A stretch of 64,000 nucleotides of DNA from Archangium sp. (GTDB lineage Bacteria; Myxococcota; Myxococcia; Myxococcales; Myxococcaceae). The notes below the pieces were generated by a model that was not told the origin of the DNA, searched no databases, and saw nothing but the letters and a program-made list of their open reading frames with translations. Both the position numbers and the translations under genes were made by a program. This document shows positions 47,613 through 57,046 of this stretch, piece by piece (positions within the stretch are counted from its first letter, which is position 1; each line of letters starts with the position of its first letter). The stretch is from the NCBI GenBank assembly GCA_031367385.1, contig JANLPS010000055.1:20098-84097 (forward strand). The letters run 5' to 3'.

Positions 47613-48362
47613 CTATCGATTCGAAGGGAGCGCGACGTGCCAACGCTCGGCCTGACCGGCCTCGTTCAAAATCAGCACGTTGTAGGCAGCGATGCCCTCG
47701 TCCGCGTCTCCTCCGGCGAAGTACACCTCTGGCTCGACGCGATACACGAAGCCGTACTTCCCTGCCCGCTCGGCGACGAACTGCAGTGAGACGCTGGTGG
47801 TTTGAAGGAGCGTCAAGAACGAAGCGGCGCGTGAGACGTGCTCATCGTCTTGACCATCAAGCCCAAACACACTGGCCGAGGGCGCCCAGGTCGCTCCCGC
47901 TGTGACGTAGGGCGAGCCGGCGTGCTCGACGGTGTGGCTCGCCTCAGGCAGGCGAGTCTTCCCTTCGAGCACCGTGTAGATGCTCAGTGACACGTCTTTG
48001 CCGGCGTCGTCGAGCTCGTACTTGAACTGGTTGACGAAGCTGGCCTTGACGTTGTCGGGCAAGTTGAGCCGGGTCTTCAGCTCTTTGCGAAGCCGCTCGC
48101 CATCTTTGACCGCGTACTTGACCCCATTCGCGATCGAGACCGCCTTGCCCGAAGCTACGTCGGCCTGCAGCCTCACCAAGGCAGCCACCAGCACCGGTGA
48201 CTCGTCAATCGTCTCGGTCGCGAGAACTCTCAGTCGTTGAGCGCTGAGCGACGACATCGCCCCGGCTTGATCATCGAGCGTTGCCGGAGCCGTCGACACG
48301 GTGCTTCCACAGCCGGAGATCAGCAACGCAACGAGAGTGCTTGAGACAATTGAAGTTCGCAT
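47613..48362 (-). CDS. hypothetical lipoprotein
   Basis: LVALLISG-C lipobox. Confidence 0.7.
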   Translation of the reverse strand: MRTSIVSSTLVALLISGCGSTVSTAPATLDDQAGAMSSLSAQRLRVLATETIDESPVLVAALVRLQADVASGKAVSIANGVKYAVKDGERLRKELKTRLNLPDNVKASFVNQFKYELDDAGKDVSLSIYTVLEGKTRLPEASHTVEHAGSPYVTAGATWAPSASVFGLDGQDDEHVSRAASFLTLLQTTSVSLQFVAERAGKYGFVYRVEPEVYFAGGDADEGIAAYNVLILNEAGQAERWHVALPSNR

Positions 48363-48439
48363 GAAGTTCGTTTCCTATGGGGTCGTCGAAAGAGCTCGAC
48401 GAATCGACGCGCTCTACCCTCGCGTCGGGAAACGATGTT

Positions 48440-48466
48440 CTGACGATTTGATGACTTCTTCGTCAG
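48440..48466 (-). promoter_or_regulatory. candidate response-regulator box 1
   Basis: CTGACGAAGAAGTCATCAAATCGTCAG on the minus strand; 22/27 identical to the site at 50537-50563. Confidence 0.6.
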
Positions 48467-49140
48467 GCGGGCCGCAACGCCTTGAGGGCCTTGGCGGCGA
48501 GGTCATATCGGCGCTCGACCTCGTCCCAACGCAAGGTATCGAAGAAGGCGTCGACGTATTTGGCTGCCGCCGCTCCGAAATCAATGGCGTAAGCATGCTC
48601 GTACATGTCGAGCACCAGCAACGGGAGCCCGGCGGCGATCGACTGGGTGTGATTACCGCTCCACGAGGTGATCAGCTCACCCGTGACCGTGTGCAGGCTG
48701 AGCGTGACCCACCCGCTGCCACCCGCCAGCGACAAGGCGGCCGAGCGAAACTGATCTTCCCAAGACGCGGGCAGCGCCCGAGCGAGGGCTCCGGTCTTCT
48801 TTCCGTCTCCGCCCAGATTGGCGAAGTACAACTCGTGCAGCGTCATTGAGTTGTGAAACAGCAGCGCTCTCTCGCGCAACCCGCTCACCAGGGCGCCGGG
48901 TGCGTCTGCCCTGAGGGCGGCCAGCTCATCTTCGACCCGAATCAGGTTCTTCACCGCCCCGGCGTAGTTGTTGTCGTGGTGTGAGACGAGCAGCTTCTCA
49001 GACAGCCCCTTGAGCTTCGACGGCTCGAACGGCAGCGGCTTGACCGTTCGCCGCGCGGTCGGAGCAACGCCTGCATCAGGCAGCGCCGCCATGATGAAAG
49101 GACCTACGACGGCACTGCTCAACAGCTCGCGGCGATTCAT
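48463..49140 (-). CDS. Fe/Mn superoxide dismutase, ChrC-like, with twin-arginine N-terminus
   Basis: SHHDNNY.GAV, NS..LHELYF, GGSGW, LDMYEHAY; MNRRELL; coupled to chrA. Confidence 0.88.
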   Translation of the reverse strand: MNRRELLSSAVVGPFIMAALPDAGVAPTARRTVKPLPFEPSKLKGLSEKLLVSHHDNNYAGAVKNLIRVEDELAALRADAPGALVSGLRERALLFHNSMTLHELYFANLGGDGKKTGALARALPASWEDQFRSAALSLAGGSGWVTLSLHTVTGELITSWSGNHTQSIAAGLPLLVLDMYEHAYAIDFGAAAAKYVDAFFDTLRWDEVERRYDLAAKALKALRPA

Positions 49141-50489
49141 GTGAAGCCTTTCAGTGCGACGCCAATGGCGGCGCAAACAACGAGGGTACGGCCGAGGTTT
49201 TGCTTCAACGCGAACAGCATCAGAAAGGCGACACTGCACACGCCCGCTGCCTTCAAATCGAGAGTGCTCCATTGCGGCACCGGCATCGACACGGGGCCGG
49301 TAGCGAGCACGGTGACCTCGCCGAACAGCACGTGCGTGGCGAAGAACACCGAGAGGTTCAGAATCACTCCAACCACCGCGGCGGTGATGGCTGAGAGCGC
49401 TGCCGAGAGCTTGACGTTTTCGCGCATCGCCTCGACCCAGGGCCCGAATAAAAAGACCCAGAGAAAACAAGGCACGAAGGTGACCCAGAGCGTAATCGCC
49501 GCCCCGAGCGTCGCCGCGACCATCGGCTGCAAACCACCGGGCTGCTGGGCAGCGGCGGTGAACCCGACGAATTGCAGCACCAAGATCAGCGGCCCGGGCG
49601 TCGTCTCTGCCAGCCCGAGCCCGTCAACCATCTGCGCCGCAGACAGCCAGTGAAAATGGGTGACCACCTCCTGGGTGACCCACGCGAGCACGGCGTAAGC
49701 GCCTCCGAAGGTCACCGTCGCGGCCTCACTGAAGAGCACCGCTTCGCGAGTCAAGACGTCGTCACCGCCGCGCCAACCCCACACCGCCGCCACCGGAGCT
49801 GCCCACAGCGTCAACCAGATGGCCGCAGTTCGGACGCTTGCACGAAACACCGGCTTGGTGTGCTCGGCCGCGCCTTGCGCGAACAGAAGGTCAACCAGCG
49901 GGAGGTCGGCGAGCTGCCCCTGGCGGGCCGCGGGGGCCGTCGGTTTCGGCACCAGGCCGGCCCAGCCCACTGCGGCACTCAAGGCAATCACCAAGGGGAA
50001 GGGAGCCGAAAAGCAAAAGAGTGCAGTGAACGACAATGCCGCTACGACCAGTGCGCGGCGCGTTTGGAGAGCCCGTTTACCGACGCGAAGGACCGCCTCG
50101 ACCACCACCGCGAGCACTGCGGCTTTGATGCCAAAAAAGAGCGCATCGACGATCGCGACACGGTGAAAGACCCAGTAAATGGTGCTGAGCCCCAACATCA
50201 ACAGTGCACCCGGCACGACGAAACAGGCGCCCGCCACCAAGCCGCCTGGGGTTTTGTGAAGAAGCCAGCCAATGTACGTCGCGAGCTGCGCAGCCTCCGG
50301 CCCGGGGAGCAGGGTGCAGAAGTTGAGCGCATGTAAGAAGCGCTCCTCCGAAATCCACTTCCGGCGCTCCACGAGCTCGCGGTGCATCAGCGCGATTTGA
50401 CCAGCCGGCCCTCCGAAGCTGAGCAGCCCGATGCGCAGCCACACGAAGAACGCCGCTTTGAGCGTGAGCGATACGGGCGGCGAGGTCAT
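49137..50489 (-). CDS. chrA: chromate efflux transporter (long-chain CHR)
   Basis: SFGGPAGQIA, LPGPEA.QL, TFGGAYAVL, ETTPGP, ITAAVVGVI. Confidence 0.95.
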   Translation of the reverse strand: MTSPPVSLTLKAAFFVWLRIGLLSFGGPAGQIALMHRELVERRKWISEERFLHALNFCTLLPGPEAAQLATYIGWLLHKTPGGLVAGACFVVPGALLMLGLSTIYWVFHRVAIVDALFFGIKAAVLAVVVEAVLRVGKRALQTRRALVVAALSFTALFCFSAPFPLVIALSAAVGWAGLVPKPTAPAARQGQLADLPLVDLLFAQGAAEHTKPVFRASVRTAAIWLTLWAAPVAAVWGWRGGDDVLTREAVLFSEAATVTFGGAYAVLAWVTQEVVTHFHWLSAAQMVDGLGLAETTPGPLILVLQFVGFTAAAQQPGGLQPMVAATLGAAITLWVTFVPCFLWVFLFGPWVEAMRENVKLSAALSAITAAVVGVILNLSVFFATHVLFGEVTVLATGPVSMPVPQWSTLDLKAAGVCSVAFLMLFALKQNLGRTLVVCAAIGVALKGFT

Positions 50490-50536
50490 GGCGAGTCAAG
50501 GCAGCGTATCAGCGGCTCTCGAGCCTGATTCGAAGT

Positions 50537-50563
50537 CTGACGAACTCGTCATGAAAACGTCAG
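50537..50563 (+). promoter_or_regulatory. candidate response-regulator box 2 (chrA/DUF5916 divergent region)
   Basis: CTGACGAACTCGTCATGAAAACGTCAG, contains a TGAC-N6-GTCA palindrome. Confidence 0.62.
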
Positions 50564-50575
50564 GAGTCACTGGTC

Positions 50576-53149
50576 ATGACCCCGTGGCATGGCCTTTCGG
50601 TGCGTCTCGTTCAGAAATCAACGTTCGTTTCCGGGGCGGCACTCACGCTGAGCCTCGCGGCCTTGGCATGGTGGAGCTCGGCGTGGGCGCAGACGCCGGT
50701 GCGAGCCAACCGGGTCATTGCGCCCCCGAGCATCGATGGTGACCTCTCCGATGCAGCGTGGCTCGTCGCCGAGCCCTTTTCGGAGCTCACGCAGCAATTC
50801 CCAGAGGAGGCGACGGCTCCCACTCAAAAGACCGAGCTTCGAATCGTTTATGATGCGCATTCGCTGTTCATCTCGGCTCGGTGCGACGATGACCAGCCCG
50901 GCGAGATCATTGCGCGGCTGACGAGGCGAGACCTGACCAACGGCTCCGACGCCATCACTGTCGATCTCGACACACGAGGCGATGGTGCGAGCGCGTACCA
51001 TTTCGAGCTTTCCGCCGCGGGCGTTCGACGCGACGGCATTCGATCGGGCGATACGACGATCGATTTTGATTGGGATGGCGTGTGGCGAGGTGCGGCCCGC
51101 AAGTCTGCTTCGGGTTGGTCGGCGGAGCTGGAGATACCTTTCGCGGCGCTTCGCTTCGACCAGAGCACGACACACCCCTTTCGCATTCAGGTCAGGCGAT
51201 TCATCGGCCGAAGCAACGAAATCGACTCCATCGTCTACGTGCCCCGAATCGAGCACGGCGAGATGCTGCGGTATGCGCCCCTCGAGGGAGTCGCAGACAT
51301 CCCCACTCCGCATGGGCTCTCGGTGACGCCCTTCGCGCTGATGAAGCTTCGGTACCGCACGGCCTCTGTCGGCATTGACGCGCCTCGTGGCACCGATTTC
51401 ATACCCAGCGCCGGCCTTGACGCCCGCTTCGGGTTGACCTCGGGCCTCTCGCTCGACGCGACGGTCTTGCCAGACTTCGGTCAGGTCGAGGCCGACCCCG
51501 CGTTGCTCAACCTGTCGACCTTCGAGACGTATTTCCCAGAGCGAAGATCGTTTTTTCTCGAGGGCGCCGACGTCTTTTCGCTCAAGGGCGCCGACGGTGA
51601 CCCAACAACCTCGCAGCTCTTCTATTCGCGGCGTGTCGGGAGGGGGCTGACCGCACCCGTGGTGCCAGGAGGCGGCGCGCTCGTCTCGCAACCCGATGTT
51701 GGGAGAGTCTGGGGAGCCGCCAAATTGAGTGGCCGTCTCGGAGACCGCATTTCGATTGGTCTGTTCGATGGGTTCACGGCCCGAGAGGAGGCGACGGTCT
51801 CTTCTGCAGATGGGTCACTGACGCAAGAAGGGCTCTCTGCCCTGTCAAACCACGCTGCGGCGAAGGTGAACGTCGCGGTTTCAAGTGGGTTTCAGCTCGG
51901 GGTGGCGCTGACCGACGTTCACCGGCTGGAGCCACCCAACAGCGTCGGGCTTGCCGGGCAATGCCCTGGTCAGGGGTACCCCAACACTTCGGGTCGCTGC
52001 ACTCGAGACCAGACGACCGCTGCCCTCGACGCACGTTGGCGCAGCGCGAGCGGCGAATGGGCCGGCTCCGCGGTTTCGATGATGAGTCTTCAAGGCGATG
52101 GCCCTGCCCTGTTGCTCCGCGATGGTGCCACGGTGCGCGCCGGTGACCTCGGGGTCGGAGGACGCTTCGAATTGGCGAAATCGGCAGGAGCGCTCGTTCT
52201 CGACGCCGTCTTCGAGACCTACAGCCCCAAGCTCGACCTCAACGAGCTGGGGTACCTCCCGGGCCAGAACCTGCATCGACTCTTTCTTCGAGGGGGCTGG
52301 CGGCTCTTAGACGTCGGGCCGTTTCGCGAAGCGATCGTCGCGGGTGAAATCGGTGGCCGCCAGTCATGGGACGGCGTACCGATCGGCCGGGTCGTGCAGA
52401 TCAACGCCTCAGCGACCTTGGCGAACTTCTGGACCACCTGGCTCGAGCTGCAGTGGTGGCCCTCGATTTGGGACAACCGCGAGGCGCATGACGGCACTCG
52501 CGTACAGCGAGCGGCGCAATGGGGCGCTGAATGGTCGATAGCCTCGAACCCCAACCGCACATGGACGGTCGCCGCCTCGGGCACGCTCCACACCACGTGG
52601 CGAGGCCTCGAAGGCGATGCAGAGCTCTCGTTCGCGGTCAGGCCCATTGACCGACTCGAGCTCAGCGTCGCGCCCACTTTTCTTCGCGTCACTGGAGACC
52701 CGCGTTGGCTCGAAACGACGACTGACCGAGAGCTTCAATTTGGGCTGCAAGACGCGCTCGCGGTCGGCGCGACGTTTCGTTCGACCTTCACCTTCGCGCC
52801 GAGCATGACGCTCCAGGTGTACGCGCAGCTGTTCTCGGCCTCGGTCGCCTACGAGCAGCTGTACGTCTCACGCTCGAATTCAGGCGGGTGGGTCGGCCTT
52901 CAGTCGCTGACCGCAGTCGCAACTCCGCCTGCGCAGTTCAACCAACAAGACGTCGTGCTGAACATGAACGTGGTGTTTCGCTGGGAGTACCGGCCCGGTT
53001 CGCTGTTGTACTTCGTCTTCACCCGCACCCAGGGAGCAACCCCGGTTGACTCCACCGCAACGAGCCCCCGAATCGATTTTGGCGCGCTCCGACGCGGCAC
53101 CAGCGAAAACCTCTTCGTGGTCAAAGGCTCATTCAACTACAGCCGCTAA
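50576..53149 (+). CDS. CBM9-like/DUF5916 outer-membrane protein
   Basis: IDG.L.D..W, GWSAELEIPF..LRF, PDFGQVEAD...NL..FE.YFPERR.FF.EG, LFYSRR.G, RWEYRPGS. Confidence 0.85.
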   Translation: MTPWHGLSVRLVQKSTFVSGAALTLSLAALAWWSSAWAQTPVRANRVIAPPSIDGDLSDAAWLVAEPFSELTQQFPEEATAPTQKTELRIVYDAHSLFISARCDDDQPGEIIARLTRRDLTNGSDAITVDLDTRGDGASAYHFELSAAGVRRDGIRSGDTTIDFDWDGVWRGAARKSASGWSAELEIPFAALRFDQSTTHPFRIQVRRFIGRSNEIDSIVYVPRIEHGEMLRYAPLEGVADIPTPHGLSVTPFALMKLRYRTASVGIDAPRGTDFIPSAGLDARFGLTSGLSLDATVLPDFGQVEADPALLNLSTFETYFPERRSFFLEGADVFSLKGADGDPTTSQLFYSRRVGRGLTAPVVPGGGALVSQPDVGRVWGAAKLSGRLGDRISIGLFDGFTAREEATVSSADGSLTQEGLSALSNHAAAKVNVAVSSGFQLGVALTDVHRLEPPNSVGLAGQCPGQGYPNTSGRCTRDQTTAALDARWRSASGEWAGSAVSMMSLQGDGPALLLRDGATVRAGDLGVGGRFELAKSAGALVLDAVFETYSPKLDLNELGYLPGQNLHRLFLRGGWRLLDVGPFREAIVAGEIGGRQSWDGVPIGRVVQINASATLANFWTTWLELQWWPSIWDNREAHDGTRVQRAAQWGAEWSIASNPNRTWTVAASGTLHTTWRGLEGDAELSFAVRPIDRLELSVAPTFLRVTGDPRWLETTTDRELQFGLQDALAVGATFRSTFTFAPSMTLQVYAQLFSASVAYEQLYVSRSNSGGWVGLQSLTAVATPPAQFNQQDVVLNMNVVFRWEYRPGSLLYFVFTRTQGATPVDSTATSPRIDFGALRRGTSENLFVVKGSFNYSR

Positions 53150-54195
53150 GGTCGGCTCGGCCGCATGATTCGCAGCGTGGGTTTGCCCTGCGACCCCGCA
53201 GAGAGCGGAAAAAACACGCGGTGGGTCGCGCTGTCGACGCCGACCGAGTGAGCGTTGTCGCCGATGCGCTGTGAATTGAGGAGCGCGAGGCCGGGCTGGC
53301 TCAAATCGAACACGTTCAAGTCACCGGCCTCGGCCGCGACGTACAGACGCTGCAAACCCGAATCAACCGCGAGAACGTCGGGGCCGTCACCGACCCGTGC
53401 AGTCACGAGGGTGTGCGCCCCCTCGAGCTCGACCCGCGCCAGCAAGGAGTTTCCTTCGCAGGCGATCAGCGCACTGTTGCCATTGGGGTGAAGTCGAAGG
53501 CCATGCGCGCCGTTGCAGCCCGGCAGCTCGAGTTGAGCGGTGATACTGGCCGTGGTGGGGTCGATCGCGACCAAGGCATCGGGGCCTTGAGCTCTGACAA
53601 CGGTGATCCAAAAGAGCGAACGCTTCGAATCGAAGACCACGTTGCCGGTCTCGGTTCCCAGGGGTACCTGCGTGCGAGCACCCTGACCGGAGTCGGTGAG
53701 AATCGAGAGGGCTCCATCGCGCTGGTCAGAGACGCCGACCACTTTGTGAACCGGGTCCCATGCGATGCCGTCGGGGCCTGCTCCCGTGATGACCCGGCTG
53801 ATCTCTTTGAGGGAGTCGCCATCGAGGATCACGACCTGGTTCGGCATACTGGTGACGAAGATACGGTGCGGCTCAGTCGCAACGGCGACCCCTCGAGGGG
53901 TATCGATATTGCCGACTCGTGCGACCACGCTGCCATCGTCGACATTCAAGACGTCAACCGCGTTGTCTCCCATGTGGGCGATGATCAGATGCGCAGCCTT
54001 CGAATCAATGTCTTGATAGTCGAAGCGGCTCGAGCTGCCCGGGAGCGCGACCTCCGCAACCGCTTGGAGCGCGAACGATGAGGCACCACCGTCGAGGTTG
54101 GTGACCGACTTCGTCGCAACGCAGCCAGGGGCCACTGCCATCAAGATGACGATTCGAACGAACGCGCTTGCCGGGGTCTTGGCAGAGAAAGCCAT
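53146..54195 (-). CDS. YncE family beta-propeller protein, exported
   Basis: RFDY, P.GVA, GPDGIA, C...HG, AHSV.VD..THRVF. Confidence 0.82.
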   Translation of the reverse strand: MAFSAKTPASAFVRIVILMAVAPGCVATKSVTNLDGGASSFALQAVAEVALPGSSSRFDYQDIDSKAAHLIIAHMGDNAVDVLNVDDGSVVARVGNIDTPRGVAVATEPHRIFVTSMPNQVVILDGDSLKEISRVITGAGPDGIAWDPVHKVVGVSDQRDGALSILTDSGQGARTQVPLGTETGNVVFDSKRSLFWITVVRAQGPDALVAIDPTTASITAQLELPGCNGAHGLRLHPNGNSALIACEGNSLLARVELEGAHTLVTARVGDGPDVLAVDSGLQRLYVAAEAGDLNVFDLSQPGLALLNSQRIGDNAHSVGVDSATHRVFFPLSAGSQGKPTLRIMRPSRP

Positions 54196-54230
54196 GCGCG
54201 AGATATGCCCTCTTGGCAGCCGGCAAGATT

Positions 54231-54246
54231 CTGAATTTTTCGTCAG
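54231..54246 (-). promoter_or_regulatory. candidate response-regulator box 3
   Basis: CTGACGAAAAATTCAG on the minus strand about 35 bp upstream of the YncE gene. Confidence 0.45.
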
Positions 54247-54257
54247 ACACGGGTGCC

Positions 54258-54872
54258 CTACTTGGGCCCAGCGCTGAAGCAATCGAAGGCGGTCACGCTC
54301 TCGGCCTTGGTCCACACGCCGACTCCGCCGCTGCCGTGAACCTGCGTTTCGCTGGTGTCGATGACTCTTTTGCCGTTGAAATAAACGGTCACTTGTTGGC
54401 CGCTCACTTCGACCCTCAAGGTGTGCCACGTCTTCGCGCTGACCTCGAGATCGATGCTCTTGATGGCGCGTCGCCTCCCCTTGACCACTTCGAAGACCGT
54501 CACGTTGCCCTCGCTCGCGTTGGCTCGAGCGAGCGCGTAGTTGTCGGTGTCTTTGAAGCGCCAAATGACGCCTCCCGCCTGGTCCTCTTGCCCAGAGACG
54601 AGCTTGAGGTGCGTCTCGACGAACCCGTCAGCGAAAGAGGGCCCGCTCATCACGCACCAGGGGAAATCGCCCTCGCCGACCTGTTTGAGCACGTTGGGCT
54701 TGGTGGGCGCCGTCGGGTCGACCTCGATGACCCAACGGGGGTTGCCCGAACCGGTCAACCCGCAGTGCCAACCGTTGATGGTTGCCCCAGGCTTGGCCGC
54801 ATCGAAGGTGTCAGCTCCACCGCGTTGGCTCGGGGCAGCAAGGAGTGCAATCATCAACAGATGCGAGTTCAT
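54258..54872 (-). CDS. DUF1080/concanavalin-like exported protein
   Basis: GW..G.TG.G, SG.EDQAGGVIWR, Y..RAN..E, WHTLRV, G.VGVWTKA. Confidence 0.8.
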   Translation of the reverse strand: MNSHLLMIALLAAPSQRGGADTFDAAKPGATINGWHCGLTGSGNPRWVIEVDPTAPTKPNVLKQVGEGDFPWCVMSGPSFADGFVETHLKLVSGQEDQAGGVIWRFKDTDNYALARANASEGNVTVFEVVKGRRRAIKSIDLEVSAKTWHTLRVEVSGQQVTVYFNGKRVIDTSETQVHGSGGVGVWTKAESVTAFDCFSAGPK

Positions 54873-54909
54873 GGCGAGTGGAGTTGATATTCAACGACCT
54901 GAGCCGGTA

Positions 54910-55611
54910 ATGAAAGCCACCATGCGCATCCTGTTGGTTGAAGACGACCGCAAGATTGCGAAAGCGCTCGAGTCGGGTCTGAGCGCCGAAGGGTATTTCG
55001 TCAGCGTCTCAGCGACGGGCGAAGACGGGTTCTTCGCCGCGAATGAGCAACGCTTCGACCTCATTCTGCTCGACTTGATGCTCCCCGGGCGCGGGGGGCT
55101 GGAGATCTTGAAGGCCCTCCGTGCCAGGGGGGTCGGCGTGCCGGTCTTGATTCTCACGGCGAAAGACGCGCTCGATGACAGGGTGGCCGGGCTCGACGCC
55201 GGAGCCGACGACTATCTGATCAAGCCCTTCGCATTTCCTGAGTTGTTGGCGCGCATTCGAGCCCTCGCCCGGCGTGGGTCAGCTGTCAGCGAGACACCGA
55301 CGGTGCTCTCGATTGCCGACCTCGAGCTCGACTTGCTGGCGCGGAAGGTGACGCGCGGCGGGCGTGTGCTCACCCTCACCGTTCGGGAGTTCGCCGTTTT
55401 GGAATACCTGATTCGCAACCAGGGCCAATTGGTCTCTCGCGAGATGCTGACCCGCGATGTCTGGCAAGAGACCGCTCGCGCGACGAGCCTCGACAACGTC
55501 ATCGATGTGCACATCGCGCGCTTGCGAAAAAAGGTCGACCCCGAGGGCGTTGTCAGGCTGATTCAAACGGTTCGGGGCGTGGGGTTCACTCTGCGCGAAC
55601 ACACCGAGTGA
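54910..55611 (+). CDS. OmpR-family response regulator (CusR/CzcR-like)
   Basis: MRILLVEDD, LDLMLPG, GADDYLIKPFAFPELLARI, NVIDVHIARLR.K.D, TVRGVG. Confidence 0.95.
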   Translation: MKATMRILLVEDDRKIAKALESGLSAEGYFVSVSATGEDGFFAANEQRFDLILLDLMLPGRGGLEILKALRARGVGVPVLILTAKDALDDRVAGLDAGADDYLIKPFAFPELLARIRALARRGSAVSETPTVLSIADLELDLLARKVTRGGRVLTLTVREFAVLEYLIRNQGQLVSREMLTRDVWQETARATSLDNVIDVHIARLRKKVDPEGVVRLIQTVRGVGFTLREHTE

Positions 55612-56999
55612 AGACTCCAGCGTTGAATGTGCGAACGCGTTTGACGCTTTGGTACCTGGCTGCAATCACCGGCGTGCTCCTCGTGTACTGCGGTGGGGTC
55701 TATTCGATGGTGCGGAGCAGCCTGTTCGACGTCATTGATCGACAGCTGCGGCAAGACATTGAAATCGCAGAAGATGACCTTGCGACGATGATCAGCTCTG
55801 ACACCGACGAGGCGCAGGCCGCGGCTGATCGCGACCGCTGGCTGCTCGAGATCTGGCGCAATGACGGCACGCTCGTGCGCGCCTGGCCCTCGAGAGCCCC
55901 GCCGCCGCTCGGGCCTCTCACAGGGGGGTGCAGAACGAAACTCACGAGCTTTACGAACGTCACTTCAGCCGATGGGCTCGAGCTGAGGGTTGCCTGCCGC
56001 GAGGTCGCGAGGAGCGGCATGGTCATTCGGTCAGCTCGTTCAGCTGAGCGAATCTCAGACCAGCTCAAGCAGCTCGGTCTCCCGATGGCGCTGGGCCTGC
56101 CAATGGCTGCGCTCCTGGCTTCGGTCGGAGGCTTCTTTCTGGCGCGGCGGGCATTGCGCCCGATTCAAGAGATGACTGAGCTCGCGCGGGTCATCTCGGT
56201 GAACCACCTCGATCAGCGGCTCCCAGTACCGAACCCCCGCGATGAGCTTGGTCAATTGGCGGCGACCTTCAATCAGACCTTTGAAAGGCTCGAGGTTTCT
56301 TTCGAGCAGATGCGCCGCTTCACCGCAGACGCATCTCACGAGCTCCGAAGCCCTCTGGCTGCGATGCGCACCACCGGCGAGGTGGCGCTGAAGACGGCCA
56401 ATGGAGAACACGCGTACCGCGAAGCACTCTCTAGCATTCTCGAAGAGATCGATTCACTTCGCGAATTGGCCGACGATCTGTTGACGCTGTCGCGGGCAGA
56501 CGGCGGCCAGGTGAAGCCCGACCTCGAGATCATCGACCTGGCGGTGCTAGCGCGTGAGGTGAGTCACCAACTCGAGGTGCTCGCCGAAGAAAAAGGGCAG
56601 GCGTTGACGTTGGACCTCGGCACGAATGCCATGGTCGAAGCAGACCCTCGACTGCTCAGACGGGCAATCAGCAACCTCGTCGACAACGCCATCAAGTACA
56701 GCCCCAAAGGCACCGCGGTGCTGCTGCGCGTGCAACAAGAGGCGGGCCTGGTGACTTTGAGCGTGATCGACCAGGGGCCTGGCATTCGAGCCGAGTTTCA
56801 CGAGCGTATTTTCGATCGTTTTTTCAGGGTCGACGAGGCGCGGTCACGACAGAACCCCGGGGCTGGTCTGGGGTTGGCGATCGCCCGGTGGAGCGTCGAG
56901 GTGAATGGGGGGCGGCTGCGGGTAACGAGCGATGGAGCTCGTGGGTCGAGGTTCAGCATCGAAATGCCCGTGCTTCGCATCAACGTGCGCCACAAATAG
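55608..56999 (+). CDS. heavy-metal-type sensor histidine kinase (CusS-like)
   Basis: RLTLWY, 2 TM, HAMP, FTADASHELRSP, NLVDNAIKY, DQGPGI, GAGLGL. Confidence 0.95.
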   Translation: MKTPALNVRTRLTLWYLAAITGVLLVYCGGVYSMVRSSLFDVIDRQLRQDIEIAEDDLATMISSDTDEAQAAADRDRWLLEIWRNDGTLVRAWPSRAPPPLGPLTGGCRTKLTSFTNVTSADGLELRVACREVARSGMVIRSARSAERISDQLKQLGLPMALGLPMAALLASVGGFFLARRALRPIQEMTELARVISVNHLDQRLPVPNPRDELGQLAATFNQTFERLEVSFEQMRRFTADASHELRSPLAAMRTTGEVALKTANGEHAYREALSSILEEIDSLRELADDLLTLSRADGGQVKPDLEIIDLAVLAREVSHQLEVLAEEKGQALTLDLGTNAMVEADPRLLRRAISNLVDNAIKYSPKGTAVLLRVQQEAGLVTLSVIDQGPGIRAEFHERIFDRFFRVDEARSRQNPGAGLGLAIARWSVEVNGGRLRVTSDGARGSRFSIEMPVLRINVRHK

Positions 57000-57046
57000 C
57001 CGCCGAGGTAGAGGGGCCCTCGCCGAGCGGAGGGCCTCAGCGCGGA

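Noticed and set aside
47613..56999. Chromate locus as a transposon or integrative element
   Set aside because: No transposase, integrase, tRNA or terminal repeats found.
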